The notes beneath the pieces are model-generated. The model was not told the DNA's origin. It was given only the letters and a program-made list of their open reading frames with translations, and ran no database searches. A program made the translations under genes and the position numbers. DNA of 59,112 nt from a virus (lineage: Duplodnaviria; Caudoviricetes), in the IMG/VR virus record IMGVR_UViG_3300043256_000282, positions 1 through 59,112 of that record, one strand, 5' to 3'. Within the stretch, counting starts at the first letter, position 1. Each line of letters begins with the position of its first letter. Shown here piece after piece: positions 36,013 through 45,302 of this stretch.

Positions 36013-36317
36013 AGAACCCCCTCAACCATAATGGCAGATTTGTAAACACAGTGCTGGGCGTGACCGCGGTGCTGGTAACGATCGGCATCTGCGCCTCTGT
36101 TGGTATGGCCATCCGAATAGCGGGGCAGCTTGCGATGGTCGTAGCAAAGCTCGACGCACTAGAAATCTACTACGAGGACGCCAAGGCAACGATGGGGGCT
36201 CTGAGGATCGTGGTTGACCGAATCGGCGATAACCATAATGCGCTCAAGTTAGAGCTTGCCGAATTAGAATTTCGGCTTCGCGCGCTAGAACAAGGTCGCG
36301 ATGAGAAACCTGAGTAG
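36009..36317 (+). CDS. Membrane-anchored coiled-coil protein
   Basis: TTGA overlap; TM helix followed by a heptad pattern. Confidence 0.6.
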   Translation: MKNPLNHNGRFVNTVLGVTAVLVTIGICASVGMAIRIAGQLAMVVAKLDALEIYYEDAKATMGALRIVVDRIGDNHNALKLELAELEFRLRALEQGRDEKPE

Positions 36318-36382
36318 TGGCACTAGACCCTGAGATTGCACCAAAAAAAGAAGCGCGTGAAGGTATCTAAACGGAGATCGTC

Positions 36383-36700
36383 ATGCCCCCTGTTGATTGG
36401 TCGATTATTTCTTCTCTCGGATCGGCGGGAGCGGCGGTCATTGTCGTGTTGATGTTCCTGCGTCATCTCAACTGTGAACGCAAGAGTTGTGATGAACGTG
36501 AGGCAAGGCGGCTTGAGGTAATCACGCAACTGAACGATAGTCACATTGCCCAATGTACCATGTGCATTGATCGTGTAGGCCAAACTGAAGTTCGTATGCT
36601 AGAGTGCATCGATCGCAATACAATCTCGGCTGATCGCAACACCGAAATGATGGGCCAGGCGCTTGCGGTCATGCGACAAATAAACGGAGCCAAGGGATGA
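36383..36700 (+). CDS. Holin-like single-TM protein
   Basis: N-terminal SLGSAGAAVIVVLMFL followed by a coiled coil. Confidence 0.5.
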   Translation: MPPVDWSIISSLGSAGAAVIVVLMFLRHLNCERKSCDEREARRLEVITQLNDSHIAQCTMCIDRVGQTEVRMLECIDRNTISADRNTEMMGQALAVMRQINGAKG

Positions 36701-37404
36701 ACAGGATCATCACGTATACACTCATCACATTCTTCTCCATACTGTTGATGGTCGGCTGCGCCGATTTCTTCGCACCGGGACTGCGCGAGGCGACCGAACA
36801 GCTTGAAACCGACGTTGCGAACGTCGCCAGCGAACAGGGCGGCTTGACCCGGTTGATCAGCGAAGGACAGGAGCTATTGCAATCGAAGCTCGATGAGGCG
36901 AAAGCGAGTATCGAGACGATCAATTTCCGATCCGAGGAGGATCGCGCGGGCGCCGAGGCCCTGCTGGCGTCGCTTGAAACCAAGCTCGGAGATTTCAGTA
37001 CCGCGGCCGGCGAGCGGGCGAGCGCACTGGACGGCAGGATCGGTGAACTGTTCGCCGACACACAGGCGGCGCGTGATGCGCTGGCCGCCGCCGATACGCC
37101 CGGCGCCGCGATCAGCGTCCTCGGCAAGATGCTGGTCCCGTTCCTTGGACCGTATGCGCCGGTTGGCGAAATCGCGCTCGCGCTTCTCGGGCTCGGTGGT
37201 ACGGCCAGAGTTTCCAGCAGGCGCGCTAAAACAAGCGCCGCTACCGGCATTCTCGCCCCGATTGAGAAGGCCCGGATGAAACACCTTGAAGAAAAGCTCG
37301 CAATCGACGATCCGACTCGGAAGTTCATCGTGTTCGATTCCGCCGTCACCAAGCCCGTGTTTGATGCCAACGGCGCAAAGGCCATTATCGACAGTTTTAG
37401 CTGA
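36697..37404 (+). CDS. Putative lipoprotein with coiled coil and C-terminal hydrophobic segment (spanin-like?)
   Basis: Signal peptide with lipobox LMVGC; hydrophobic stretch near the C-terminus. Confidence 0.6.
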   Translation: MNRIITYTLITFFSILLMVGCADFFAPGLREATEQLETDVANVASEQGGLTRLISEGQELLQSKLDEAKASIETINFRSEEDRAGAEALLASLETKLGDFSTAAGERASALDGRIGELFADTQAARDALAAADTPGAAISVLGKMLVPFLGPYAPVGEIALALLGLGGTARVSSRRAKTSAATGILAPIEKARMKHLEEKLAIDDPTRKFIVFDSAVTKPVFDANGAKAIIDSFS

Positions 37405-37529
37405 TGATTGCGGATTGCCCAAGGCTTTTCGCGACAAGGTGATGACGGGGAAATCCGAGGGCAATCCGCCACGGCGGAACCCGGGCCGAAAGGCCCATTC
37501 CCGTCTTTTCTTGAGGTGAGGTATCTGTA

Positions 37530-38045
37530 ATGTCTCTCGAAACGCTTCAACCTGACGCAATTGGTCCTATCGATCAATGGACATTGGGGGCTGGCTCTAA
37601 GAAGCAGGTCGCGGTGCAGTTGCCGGATGATGATGATACGACTTATATTTCCGAGATGGTTGCGGGGCAAATTCAGGAATTTGAGGTTGACAATCCAAGC
37701 GATATCCTTTTCGCCGACACTATTTCGAGCGTCACCTTGCATTATCGGGCTCGGTTTGTCGCAGGGACTGCTGAGAGAGTGATCCCAGGATTGCGGGTTG
37801 GAGGCGGGACGCTAGACGAAGGCGCATCGCAGATTCTTACCGGATCGTATGTGAACTATAGCGATACCTTTGCGCTGAATCCGGATAGCGCCAACTGGTC
37901 GCTGGCAGACCTGAACAGTCTGAGAATTCGTGTGCGGTATGTCTCAGGGACAGCTCAGATCAGAGTGACGACGTTGCGGGCGGAGGTCCAATACACTCGC
38001 GCGAGCAAAAAATCCCAACACACCATGATGCTAGGAGTTGGATAA
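37530..38045 (+). CDS. Hypothetical beta-sandwich virion-type protein
   Basis: GAGG RBS; alternating beta-strand pattern. Confidence 0.65.
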   Translation: MSLETLQPDAIGPIDQWTLGAGSKKQVAVQLPDDDDTTYISEMVAGQIQEFEVDNPSDILFADTISSVTLHYRARFVAGTAERVIPGLRVGGGTLDEGASQILTGSYVNYSDTFALNPDSANWSLADLNSLRIRVRYVSGTAQIRVTTLRAEVQYTRASKKSQHTMMLGVG

Positions 38046-38046
38046 G

Positions 38047-38424
38047 ATGGCGTACAATCAACCACTTCGAGGGTTCCCTTATGTGGTGATCCCATTCGAT
38101 ATCAGCCCGTCGACCGCAGGCGATACGGAGATCAAAGCAGTCGTCGCCAACAAGCATCTAGTTGTTGCGGGATTGCTGTTGGTCACGCATGGGGATGTTG
38201 TGGCCGCCTTTTATTCGGAGGATTCAAGCACGGGGGGCAATAGCATCAGCGGCGCCTTGACGGGCACACAGATTCACGGTGTTGTCGAGCGTGATCTTGA
38301 GTATGGACTCTTCTGGACCAAGAAGGGCGAAGCGCTGATCCTCAATCTCGATGCCAATGTCCGTTGCAGTGGCCGTGTACTGGTCGTCGAAGCTAACGAC
38401 ATGCCCCCAATTGTCGAGATATAA
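38047..38424 (+). CDS. Hypothetical protein
   Basis: AGGAG RBS. Confidence 0.65.
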   Translation: MAYNQPLRGFPYVVIPFDISPSTAGDTEIKAVVANKHLVVAGLLLVTHGDVVAAFYSEDSSTGGNSISGALTGTQIHGVVERDLEYGLFWTKKGEALILNLDANVRCSGRVLVVEANDMPPIVEI

Positions 38425-38438
38425 CGAATAGGTAACGC

Positions 38439-39068
38439 ATGACGACGTGGCTCGTATTAGGTTCGTCTGTTTCCGCACCCGCAGAGTATGAACGCGCTAA
38501 GCCGTTCGCCGATGTTATCATCACGTCGAACCGAGGCTTGAAGATCGAACCGAACCCCGATTGGTATTGGGTCAGTGACCACGTGGCCGTTGATCGTTAT
38601 TTGCCTTTGATCGAACCATCGCTCGGTAACAAGACGAAGCTCGTGACAAATGACTTCGCAGTCCGAACGAGGCCACAACTCAAGCCGCTAGCGGACGTGA
38701 TTCTCAATTATGACTACAAATACAACTGCAACTGGCATCCCGGTCGCTACGTGAATGCACGCGCTTCGGGGGGCATGATTTTACAATTTGCTGCAAACCA
38801 CGATGCCGATCGTATCTTGATGGTTGGGATGAGCGGATATAGATCGAGACCAGGCCACATCGAAGTCGAATACTTTGATGGGGAGTTAGGAGTGATCAAA
38901 TGTCAAGGGCTGATGAAAACCTATGGTCCGTTGGTCCAGAACGTCATTGACCGATCGTCCGGAATCACGTTCTTCTTCTTTGGGAAACCCAGTTATCCGT
39001 GGCGTGGAATGTCTATAATTGAAACGCAATCAACCGACACCTTGAAATCACCCAATGTCGCAGTTTAG
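38439..39068 (+). CDS. Maf/DUF115-like (putative glycosyltransferase-fold) protein
   Basis: LVLGSSVS, IITSNRG, PDWYWVSD, SGGMILQFA, RILMVGM motif series. Confidence 0.6.
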   Translation: MTTWLVLGSSVSAPAEYERAKPFADVIITSNRGLKIEPNPDWYWVSDHVAVDRYLPLIEPSLGNKTKLVTNDFAVRTRPQLKPLADVILNYDYKYNCNWHPGRYVNARASGGMILQFAANHDADRILMVGMSGYRSRPGHIEVEYFDGELGVIKCQGLMKTYGPLVQNVIDRSSGITFFFFGKPSYPWRGMSIIETQSTDTLKSPNVAV

Positions 39069-40134
39069 AGAAGCGCGAATTCGTGTCAAAGACTTCCAGG
39101 CTCGGCAAGAGGTATCTAGCCGTCCATTGAGTTTGCTCATTGAGATTTCGGCTCGCTGCCCCCAGCGTTGCCCCATGTGTCCGTTGCAAGGTTCCGACAT
39201 GAGACTCGCGCGAACCGAAGGACTCATGGACGTGCTCTTATTCGAGCGGATTATCGATGAACTGGCCGCAAATCCTCCCGAAGTAGTATGCCTGCATTCG
39301 AGCGGCGAAAGCACCGTCCATCCACAGTTTACGGAAATGGGTTCTTACGCTCGGCGCAAGTTACCTAAGACCTGGCTTCGAATGAACAGTGGTGGAATCA
39401 CCTGGAACACTGACGAGAAGCGAACGAAGTGGCTCAAGATCGGCCTGGATCGACTGATATTTTCGATCGAGGCATGCCGCTGGTTGCAAGATGGTCTTGA
39501 TCGTGATGGCAAGCCGTACGATGTAAAGACCCATCGCGCGGATGTCAAGGACGACTATCAGCGGTACACGATTCACCCGTACCGCGCCGGGGCGCCATGG
39601 AAGATCGTTGTCCCCAACATCATCGCGACAGCAAGGATACTCCGACGACTGAAAAAAGACTCCCCAAAGGGCGACCCGGTACATCGGGTCAATCTAGGAA
39701 TTCAGCACATGGTCACGGTCGAGCAAGCGCTGATCCCAATCAGGGCGGCCCGTGCCAACACGTCGGCCATCTCAACGTGGGAGATCGAATTCTCGCGAGC
39801 CTTCTGGAAGCAGCATGGCGTTGAAGTTGGTCAGGTGGCTGTCGCATCGGTTGGCGGTCAAGTTGACAACAGCCCAATGATGAACCTGGAATTCAAGCGC
39901 AAGCCGATGGGCATATGCCGCGAGGTCTACACCAACTTGATGATCGCTTACGATGGGTGCGTAGCGCCGTGCTGCGTCGATGCCCATGAATTGGAATTGC
40001 TGCCCGAGATCAATCTAAAAAAGATGACGATCAAAGAGGCGTGGACGCATCCAAGCGTGGTGAAACTGCGGGCGCAACATCGATCTGGCCGAGGCTATCC
40101 CGAGAAGTGCAAACGCTGCCTGGCCTCAATATGA
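39055..40134 (+). CDS. Radical SAM protein with SPASM/twitch domain
   Basis: CPQRCPMC, GES, and C-terminal C..DGCVAPCC..CKRC. Confidence 0.92.
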   Translation: MSQFREARIRVKDFQARQEVSSRPLSLLIEISARCPQRCPMCPLQGSDMRLARTEGLMDVLLFERIIDELAANPPEVVCLHSSGESTVHPQFTEMGSYARRKLPKTWLRMNSGGITWNTDEKRTKWLKIGLDRLIFSIEACRWLQDGLDRDGKPYDVKTHRADVKDDYQRYTIHPYRAGAPWKIVVPNIIATARILRRLKKDSPKGDPVHRVNLGIQHMVTVEQALIPIRAARANTSAISTWEIEFSRAFWKQHGVEVGQVAVASVGGQVDNSPMMNLEFKRKPMGICREVYTNLMIAYDGCVAPCCVDAHELELLPEINLKKMTIKEAWTHPSVVKLRAQHRSGRGYPEKCKRCLASI

Positions 40135-40853
40135 TGCTACCGATGCAAGACACTCTTGAAAAACAGCGCCAAGCGATAGCAGGTCTTGGACCGCCCGTCA
40201 GCAAATCAATCTTCATTTACGGTGCGGGGGGGTTTGCGCGTGAGCTTCGATGGTTGTTGGAGAATTCAGCGCAGCCAGGCTGCATCCATGAGTTCGCTGG
40301 ATTCATTGACGACCGTATGACCGCTGAGCGGGCGAACAAGCGGCAGATTGGCGCTGCATCTTGCACCCTGGCTTCTGCTTATTCCCATCAATCAGCGAAG
40401 GATTACTTTTGCGTATGCGGTATCGGCGATCCCGAGAATCGCCAACGCGCGATGTGGCGCGCCATGGATGCTGGATTTCGTTCGTTGTGTGTGATCCACA
40501 ACCGCGCGGAAATCGGGCCGGGCGTGATGTTCGGCGATGGCGCGATCGTCTGTGCCGGAAATATCATCACGGTCGATGTGAAAATCGGCAAGCACGTCTT
40601 ATTGAACCTCGATTGCACGGTCGGGCATGATGTGCGGATCGGAGACTACTCGGTTATTTGCCCTGGCGTCCATATCTCCGGTTGCGTCGAGATCGGCCAG
40701 AAGGTATTCATTGGGACTGGAGCGAACATCATCCACGGAACTGCCAAAGAACCGCTGACCATCGGCGATGGCGCGGTGATTGGTGCCGGCGCATGCGTTA
40801 CAAAGAGCGTGCCCGCACACACAAGAGCGCTGGGAGTGCCCGCACGATGGTAA
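40131..40853 (+). CDS. neuD: NeuD/PglD-family sugar acetyltransferase
   Basis: IYGAGGFARE, hexapeptide repeats, GHD catalytic His, GVPAR end. Confidence 0.9.
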   Translation: MMLPMQDTLEKQRQAIAGLGPPVSKSIFIYGAGGFARELRWLLENSAQPGCIHEFAGFIDDRMTAERANKRQIGAASCTLASAYSHQSAKDYFCVCGIGDPENRQRAMWRAMDAGFRSLCVIHNRAEIGPGVMFGDGAIVCAGNIITVDVKIGKHVLLNLDCTVGHDVRIGDYSVICPGVHISGCVEIGQKVFIGTGANIIHGTAKEPLTIGDGAVIGAGACVTKSVPAHTRALGVPARW

Positions 40854-41890
40854 TGATCGAGGCTCTTGCCGTGATCATCGGCCGTGCCGGAAGTAAGGGA
40901 TTGCCCGGCAAGAACACGGCGCTTGTCGCAGGTGAGCAGATGATCTGCCACACGATTAGGCACGCGAAGGCGGCTCAGGCTGTTACGCGCATCATCGTCT
41001 CGACCGATGACGAGGGTATCGCGTTCGCCGCGCGGGCAATGGACATCAAGGTGATCGAGCGACCGGCCGAGTTGGCAACCGATACCGCCTCAGTCGGTGC
41101 TGCCGTTCATCATGCGGTGCAGACTATCAAGGCCACAGAGTCGATTGTTGTGATTCTGTACGCGAACGTGCCGGTACGACCGCCGGACCTGATAGATAGT
41201 GCCGTTCGGATGCTTCGGCAGACCGGCGCGGACAGTGTGCAGTCATACGTCGAGGTTGGGAAACAGCACCCGGATTGGGCGTGTCGTCTCGACCACGAGC
41301 AGCGCGTCGAGGCGTACACCACGAGCACACCCGACCGTCGCCAGGACCTTGAGCCGTTGTTCATCCCCGATGGCGGCGTGCTCGCGGTCACGGCTGAGAG
41401 TCTACGCAAGGCAAGCGATGACGCCCCGCACACTTTCCTCGGCACTGACCGGCGGGGCATCAAGACAGAGGCGGGCCAGGTCGTTGACGTTGACAGCGCG
41501 GCCGATCTCGCTGTCGCTGAGGCACACCTGATCGCACAAGGCGATCATTCCGGCGAGCGGCGCACGATCGCAGTAGTGACGGGCGATCGCGCAGAGTTCG
41601 GTGTACTGCGGAGCGTGATGCGAGCGATCCACCAGCACCCTCAGCTTGATCTTGTGATCCACGCCACGGGTCGTATGCTTGACGATCAGCACATGGACGA
41701 ACTGATGGAGTTCGTGTTCGACTTGACCGACAAATATGGGGGTACGATTCCCGTTGAGTTTGTTCCAATGTGGAATGAGCATGAAGCCAAAGCTGGCACG
41801 GTTTATGTGACCGCAGAGGAGACCGCCGATGGCAAGGCGGCGTCTCGCGGCGTTATGATTGCTTCAACGCGATATGTCAAGCAGCAATGA
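40853..41890 (+). CDS. neuA: Acylneuraminate cytidylyltransferase fused to an N-terminal fragment of a NeuC-like epimerase
   Basis: GRAGSKGLPGKN, VSTDD, RPAELATD, RRQDL, VDVD, then TIAVVTGDRAEFG...HATG. Confidence 0.9.
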   Translation: MIEALAVIIGRAGSKGLPGKNTALVAGEQMICHTIRHAKAAQAVTRIIVSTDDEGIAFAARAMDIKVIERPAELATDTASVGAAVHHAVQTIKATESIVVILYANVPVRPPDLIDSAVRMLRQTGADSVQSYVEVGKQHPDWACRLDHEQRVEAYTTSTPDRRQDLEPLFIPDGGVLAVTAESLRKASDDAPHTFLGTDRRGIKTEAGQVVDVDSAADLAVAEAHLIAQGDHSGERRTIAVVTGDRAEFGVLRSVMRAIHQHPQLDLVIHATGRMLDDQHMDELMEFVFDLTDKYGGTIPVEFVPMWNEHEAKAGTVYVTAEETADGKAASRGVMIASTRYVKQQ

Positions 41891-41925
41891 ACAAGGTACA
41901 AAGGCGCCGGAAAAGGAACAAATAG

Positions 41926-42033
41926 ATGGCACTTCACCACGGGAAAAAAATCAAACGTGGCCACAAGAAGGTCAAAGCGAAGGGTGCGGCCGGTCCCAAG
42001 AAAGCCAAATCGAGGCGACGCCCCCGGCGCTGA
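41926..42033 (+). CDS. Small highly basic peptide (35 aa)
   Basis: AAGGA RBS; MALHHGKKIKRGHKKVKAKGAAGPKKAKSRRRPRR. Confidence 0.55.
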   Translation: MALHHGKKIKRGHKKVKAKGAAGPKKAKSRRRPRR

Positions 42034-42677
42034 CCACAATCGTCCTCGCCTGTGGTGGCCCGTCGTTGTGCAACGTCGATTGGTCTGCGCTCCCATTCCA
42101 GGTTGCCGCCATCAACAAGGCCATTTGGGTAGCGCCGCGATTCGACTATTGGTTTATCGCCGACGGATACCCTGAGAAGGTCTACAAGGATCGCTGGCGT
42201 CCGATCGCGGTGAACCCCAGGATCGCCAAGTGTGTCCCGCATCATCGGCTTGCCACGGGCTATGTGAAGCTCAAACGGGTCGCACGTAATCTTCACGCCG
42301 CCCCAATGTCTCAAGGTCGGACGCAAGACAAGACGATGGCCAGTCGTGGCCGGCAGCTTTTGGACGGGCGCACGCCGTTTTTCTATGTCGAGAACAAGAC
42401 AACGCTCTTCGCGACCCAATGGCTGTCCGTCGGATACGAACGACTGATCTATGTCGGATGCGAACTGACCTTCAAAGGCAATTTGGGCAGTTGTGTGGGA
42501 AGCGGGATGGGCGGCGGCGAGGTCAATCAGATGCGCAAAAACCTCGAACTGGTGAAACGTGGTCTACAAGCCCTGCACGTTGCCGCTGTGAAGCGCGGAA
42601 TCCAAATGCTCTCATTCAGCCCTGGCCCGATCAACGACATCATGCCGAGGTATGAACCATGCCCGCCCTGCACGTGA
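42030..42677 (+). CDS. Second Maf/DUF115-like protein
   Basis: VLACGGPSL, AAINKA, DYWFIAD, TTLFATQW, RLIYVGCE; start uncertain (CTG 42030 or ATG 41874). Confidence 0.6.
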   Translation: MTTIVLACGGPSLCNVDWSALPFQVAAINKAIWVAPRFDYWFIADGYPEKVYKDRWRPIAVNPRIAKCVPHHRLATGYVKLKRVARNLHAAPMSQGRTQDKTMASRGRQLLDGRTPFFYVENKTTLFATQWLSVGYERLIYVGCELTFKGNLGSCVGSGMGGGEVNQMRKNLELVKRGLQALHVAAVKRGIQMLSFSPGPINDIMPRYEPCPPCT

Positions 42678-42853
42678 GCCAGAAGCAGATCGACACCCAC
42701 ATAGGCCAAGCCCCGATCTTCGATCCCGCAAAGGATGAACGTCCGCAAATACTCAGGTGGCTCGAATGGTCCGCGAAGATGCGTCTATTCCAAGCTCTCA
42801 GTGCCGACCAAGAGGCGAAGAACGAAGGGCACGACCCCGACGAGGACCGGTAG
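42659..42853 (+). CDS. Hypothetical protein
   Basis: 64-aa ORF with GAGG RBS. Confidence 0.5.
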   Translation: MPALHVSQKQIDTHIGQAPIFDPAKDERPQILRWLEWSAKMRLFQALSADQEAKNEGHDPDEDR

Positions 42854-43362
42854 ACTTCACCGCGATCGTACACTTCTATAGCCTCCGATCGTTCCCGGTG
42901 CGGTTGTGGCGTCCCGTCGAATTCGTCGCCTGGATGCTATTCAGCACGATTTGGTTGGATGAGCCGGCCCATTGCAACGTCGAGATCGACGGGCTGATCT
43001 ATGATAATTCACTGGACTACGGCGTCCGTGTGCTTGAGCAGTATCCCGTCGAGGCCAGCCAGAGCCTCCGGGTGAATTGTAAATTCAAGCCGATGAAGCT
43101 GGCTGTATTTCACTCGCTGACAACGAAACGGCATCCGAAGTGGCCCGCGATTCTTGATTCGTTGGGGATTTGGCCGAAAAGGCTCAAGGTGCCGTATACC
43201 TGTGTCTCGCTTTCCTGCATCATGCTCGGGCTGCCTATCGTAGAGAGCCGTCGTCCGGTTCATCTACTTCGGAGAGTGATCGATGGGAATCTTCAAGTCA
43301 CCCAAGTCGCCGGCCCCACCGCCGCCCCCGCCGCCGGACACGTCCGAGCGGGACGCGACTAG
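42757..43362 (+). CDS. Permuted papain/NlpC-like peptidase or amidase candidate
   Basis: His (PAHCNVEIDG) precedes Cys (YTCVSL) and a P.xL motif; start uncertain. Confidence 0.45.
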   Translation: MARMVREDASIPSSQCRPRGEERRARPRRGPVDFTAIVHFYSLRSFPVRLWRPVEFVAWMLFSTIWLDEPAHCNVEIDGLIYDNSLDYGVRVLEQYPVEASQSLRVNCKFKPMKLAVFHSLTTKRHPKWPAILDSLGIWPKRLKVPYTCVSLSCIMLGLPIVESRRPVHLLRRVIDGNLQVTQVAGPTAAPAAGHVRAGRD

Positions 43363-43471
43363 GGCGCTAAAGAAACAAGAGAAGGCTAAGCGTGAATCGT
43401 TCGCGGCATTCCGGCGACGGCAAGAAGTATTGCGTGGCGCATTGAGAGGCAATCCGGGATTACGCGTCTAG
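43283..43471 (+). CDS. Small Pro-rich virion protein (position of T7 gp6.7/7.3)
   Basis: MGIFKSPKSPAPPPPPP, upstream of the portal. Confidence 0.65.
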   Translation: MGIFKSPKSPAPPPPPPPDTSERDATRALKKQEKAKRESFAAFRRRQEVLRGALRGNPGLRV

Positions 43472-43484
43472 CGGAGGACTAGTC

Positions 43485-43676
43485 ATGGGCATCTTTCAAA
43501 CGCCTACATTCCAACGTGCGGTAGAGATCAGCAAGAAAGAGGGACGCCTTACCGGCAGTGCGCTGGGACAAGCATTCCGGGAACGCAAGGAATTCCAAGA
43601 GCAGCGGTCGTTCCGCGCGTTCACAAGGCGGATTGATCGGCGCGCGACACAGCGCACTTCGGCTTTGCGAAGCTAA
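43485..43676 (+). CDS. Small virion protein, paralog-like of the previous gene
   Basis: MGIFQTP...SFRAFTRR; GGAGG RBS. Confidence 0.65.
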   Translation: MGIFQTPTFQRAVEISKKEGRLTGSALGQAFRERKEFQEQRSFRAFTRRIDRRATQRTSALRS

Positions 43677-45286
43677 TGAAACTCCAAGACCTATACCAAC
43701 GTCTGACGAACGAGACCGGCATCACCGAGGGCGCCGATGGCAGCGACGAACCCCGTGCAAGCCAGGGTCGCAAGAAGTTCCTCGACCGCGCCGAGGAAAT
43801 CGCCAAGCTCACGATCCCGTCGATCGAGCCTCGCGGACTTCCGTTGACCGATGTTGCCTACAGCCATGACGGCGCCCAGGCGATTCGGGGGTTGTCATCG
43901 TCGATCCGCAGAGTCTTGATGCCGCCCAATCGCACGTGGTTCAAGCGCCAACTCACGACAAAGGTGCAACAGGAGGTAGAGAGGGCCGTGGCCGGCGCCA
44001 GGGGCGACGTTGAGGCTCAGCTTGCGCAGATCAACTTGCTAATTCGTAACGAGATGGTTCAAGGCGAAAAACAGATCAATGCCTATCTGCATCGTCGCAA
44101 GGTCAAGGCGCGGATCGCCCGAGCAATCACGCGGAATCTGATCGAAGGCTTCAATGTGATCCGTGTCTTGACGGATCAGATCAACGTCTTCCCGCTTCGA
44201 CTCATCACTGCTTACCGACAGCACGGGGAATTGAAGTTCTATATATTGAAGGAAGAAAAGCCGATCGACGTCAGATCGTTTGGCGACGACAGCAAAGTCG
44301 TTCCAGGCTCAATCTATACGCTGATCGACGTCGTGAACAAGGAAGTGTGGCAATCTCAAAACGATGGCCAGGCCGAAAAAGTCGATCCCATGGTTGATGG
44401 TGGAGACTGGCGCCAGTACGTCGCTTTCAACTCTGAAATGCCGGACACCGAGCATTATCCGGATTCGTTCGGCTACACCTTCCTCACATTGTTCAATGAG
44501 ATCGACGCGCTGGTGATGGACCTTGGGGAAGCGGCGGCCAATGCGGCGTGGGCCGTGTTGGGCATCAGTCCGGAATCTTCACTAACGACTACCGAGGTGA
44601 CCAAGTGGAGGTCGGGTCAGGTATACAAATTCTCGCCGGAGCAACTTGCCTGGCTCAGTTCCGCGACCAAACTTACCGACTTTGGGATCGTCAACAAGAG
44701 ACTCGAAACTCTACAAGCGGAACGGCGCAAAGTGTTCGGTGCCGGCGTTCGTGAGCGCTCGCCGGGGGACGTGACGGCGACGCAAATCCTCCAGGAAGTC
44801 GAAGAACTCGACGAGCAAACGGCCGATCTGCTGGTCAACTACGACGAGACCTTGCTTGTGCCGCTGGCTACCGCCGTGGGTGTTGTGGAAAGGATCGACA
44901 CGATCGAGATTCCAGGCATCGGCTCGCCGATCGAAACGATCGTCACCACTGGCAATTCCGCACTCCAGCGACAGATATCGATCATGCGTATGTTGCAGGC
45001 GATGAACATCATTCAGGGGCTTGCCCCGGACCTGTTCAACCGAAGAGCAACCTTCAAATTGACCGCTGAGATCGAGGGATTCGACGAATACGTAGACGAT
45101 GTTCTTCAAGCGGAAGTCCCCCCCGAGCCGATTGAACCTACCGACGAGACGAGCCGAGCCGAGCAGCCTGCCCCCGAAGTCGCCGGATCGATCAAACAGA
45201 CCGCCGGCGGCCCGCAACCGCAAGTGCAAGGCGAAATCCAGCGGCAACAAAATACCGGCCGTCTCGTCTCAACATCGGTGGCTTGA
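43676..45286 (+). CDS. Portal (head-to-tail connector), T7 gp8-like
   Basis: 536 aa; KLTIPS, GAQAIRGLSS, PPNRTWF, VTATQI motifs; synteny. Confidence 0.9.
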   Translation: MKLQDLYQRLTNETGITEGADGSDEPRASQGRKKFLDRAEEIAKLTIPSIEPRGLPLTDVAYSHDGAQAIRGLSSSIRRVLMPPNRTWFKRQLTTKVQQEVERAVAGARGDVEAQLAQINLLIRNEMVQGEKQINAYLHRRKVKARIARAITRNLIEGFNVIRVLTDQINVFPLRLITAYRQHGELKFYILKEEKPIDVRSFGDDSKVVPGSIYTLIDVVNKEVWQSQNDGQAEKVDPMVDGGDWRQYVAFNSEMPDTEHYPDSFGYTFLTLFNEIDALVMDLGEAAANAAWAVLGISPESSLTTTEVTKWRSGQVYKFSPEQLAWLSSATKLTDFGIVNKRLETLQAERRKVFGAGVRERSPGDVTATQILQEVEELDEQTADLLVNYDETLLVPLATAVGVVERIDTIEIPGIGSPIETIVTTGNSALQRQISIMRMLQAMNIIQGLAPDLFNRRATFKLTAEIEGFDEYVDDVLQAEVPPEPIEPTDETSRAEQPAPEVAGSIKQTAGGPQPQVQGEIQRQQNTGRLVSTSVA

Positions 45287-45302
45287 TGAAAGGACGTGAC
45301 CC

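Noticed and set aside
37395-37410. Stop-codon read-through or hammerhead ribozyme at ctgatga
   Set aside because: Tandem TGA TGA stops argue against read-through, and no hammerhead stem arrangement with GAAA and a cleavage triplet is evident.
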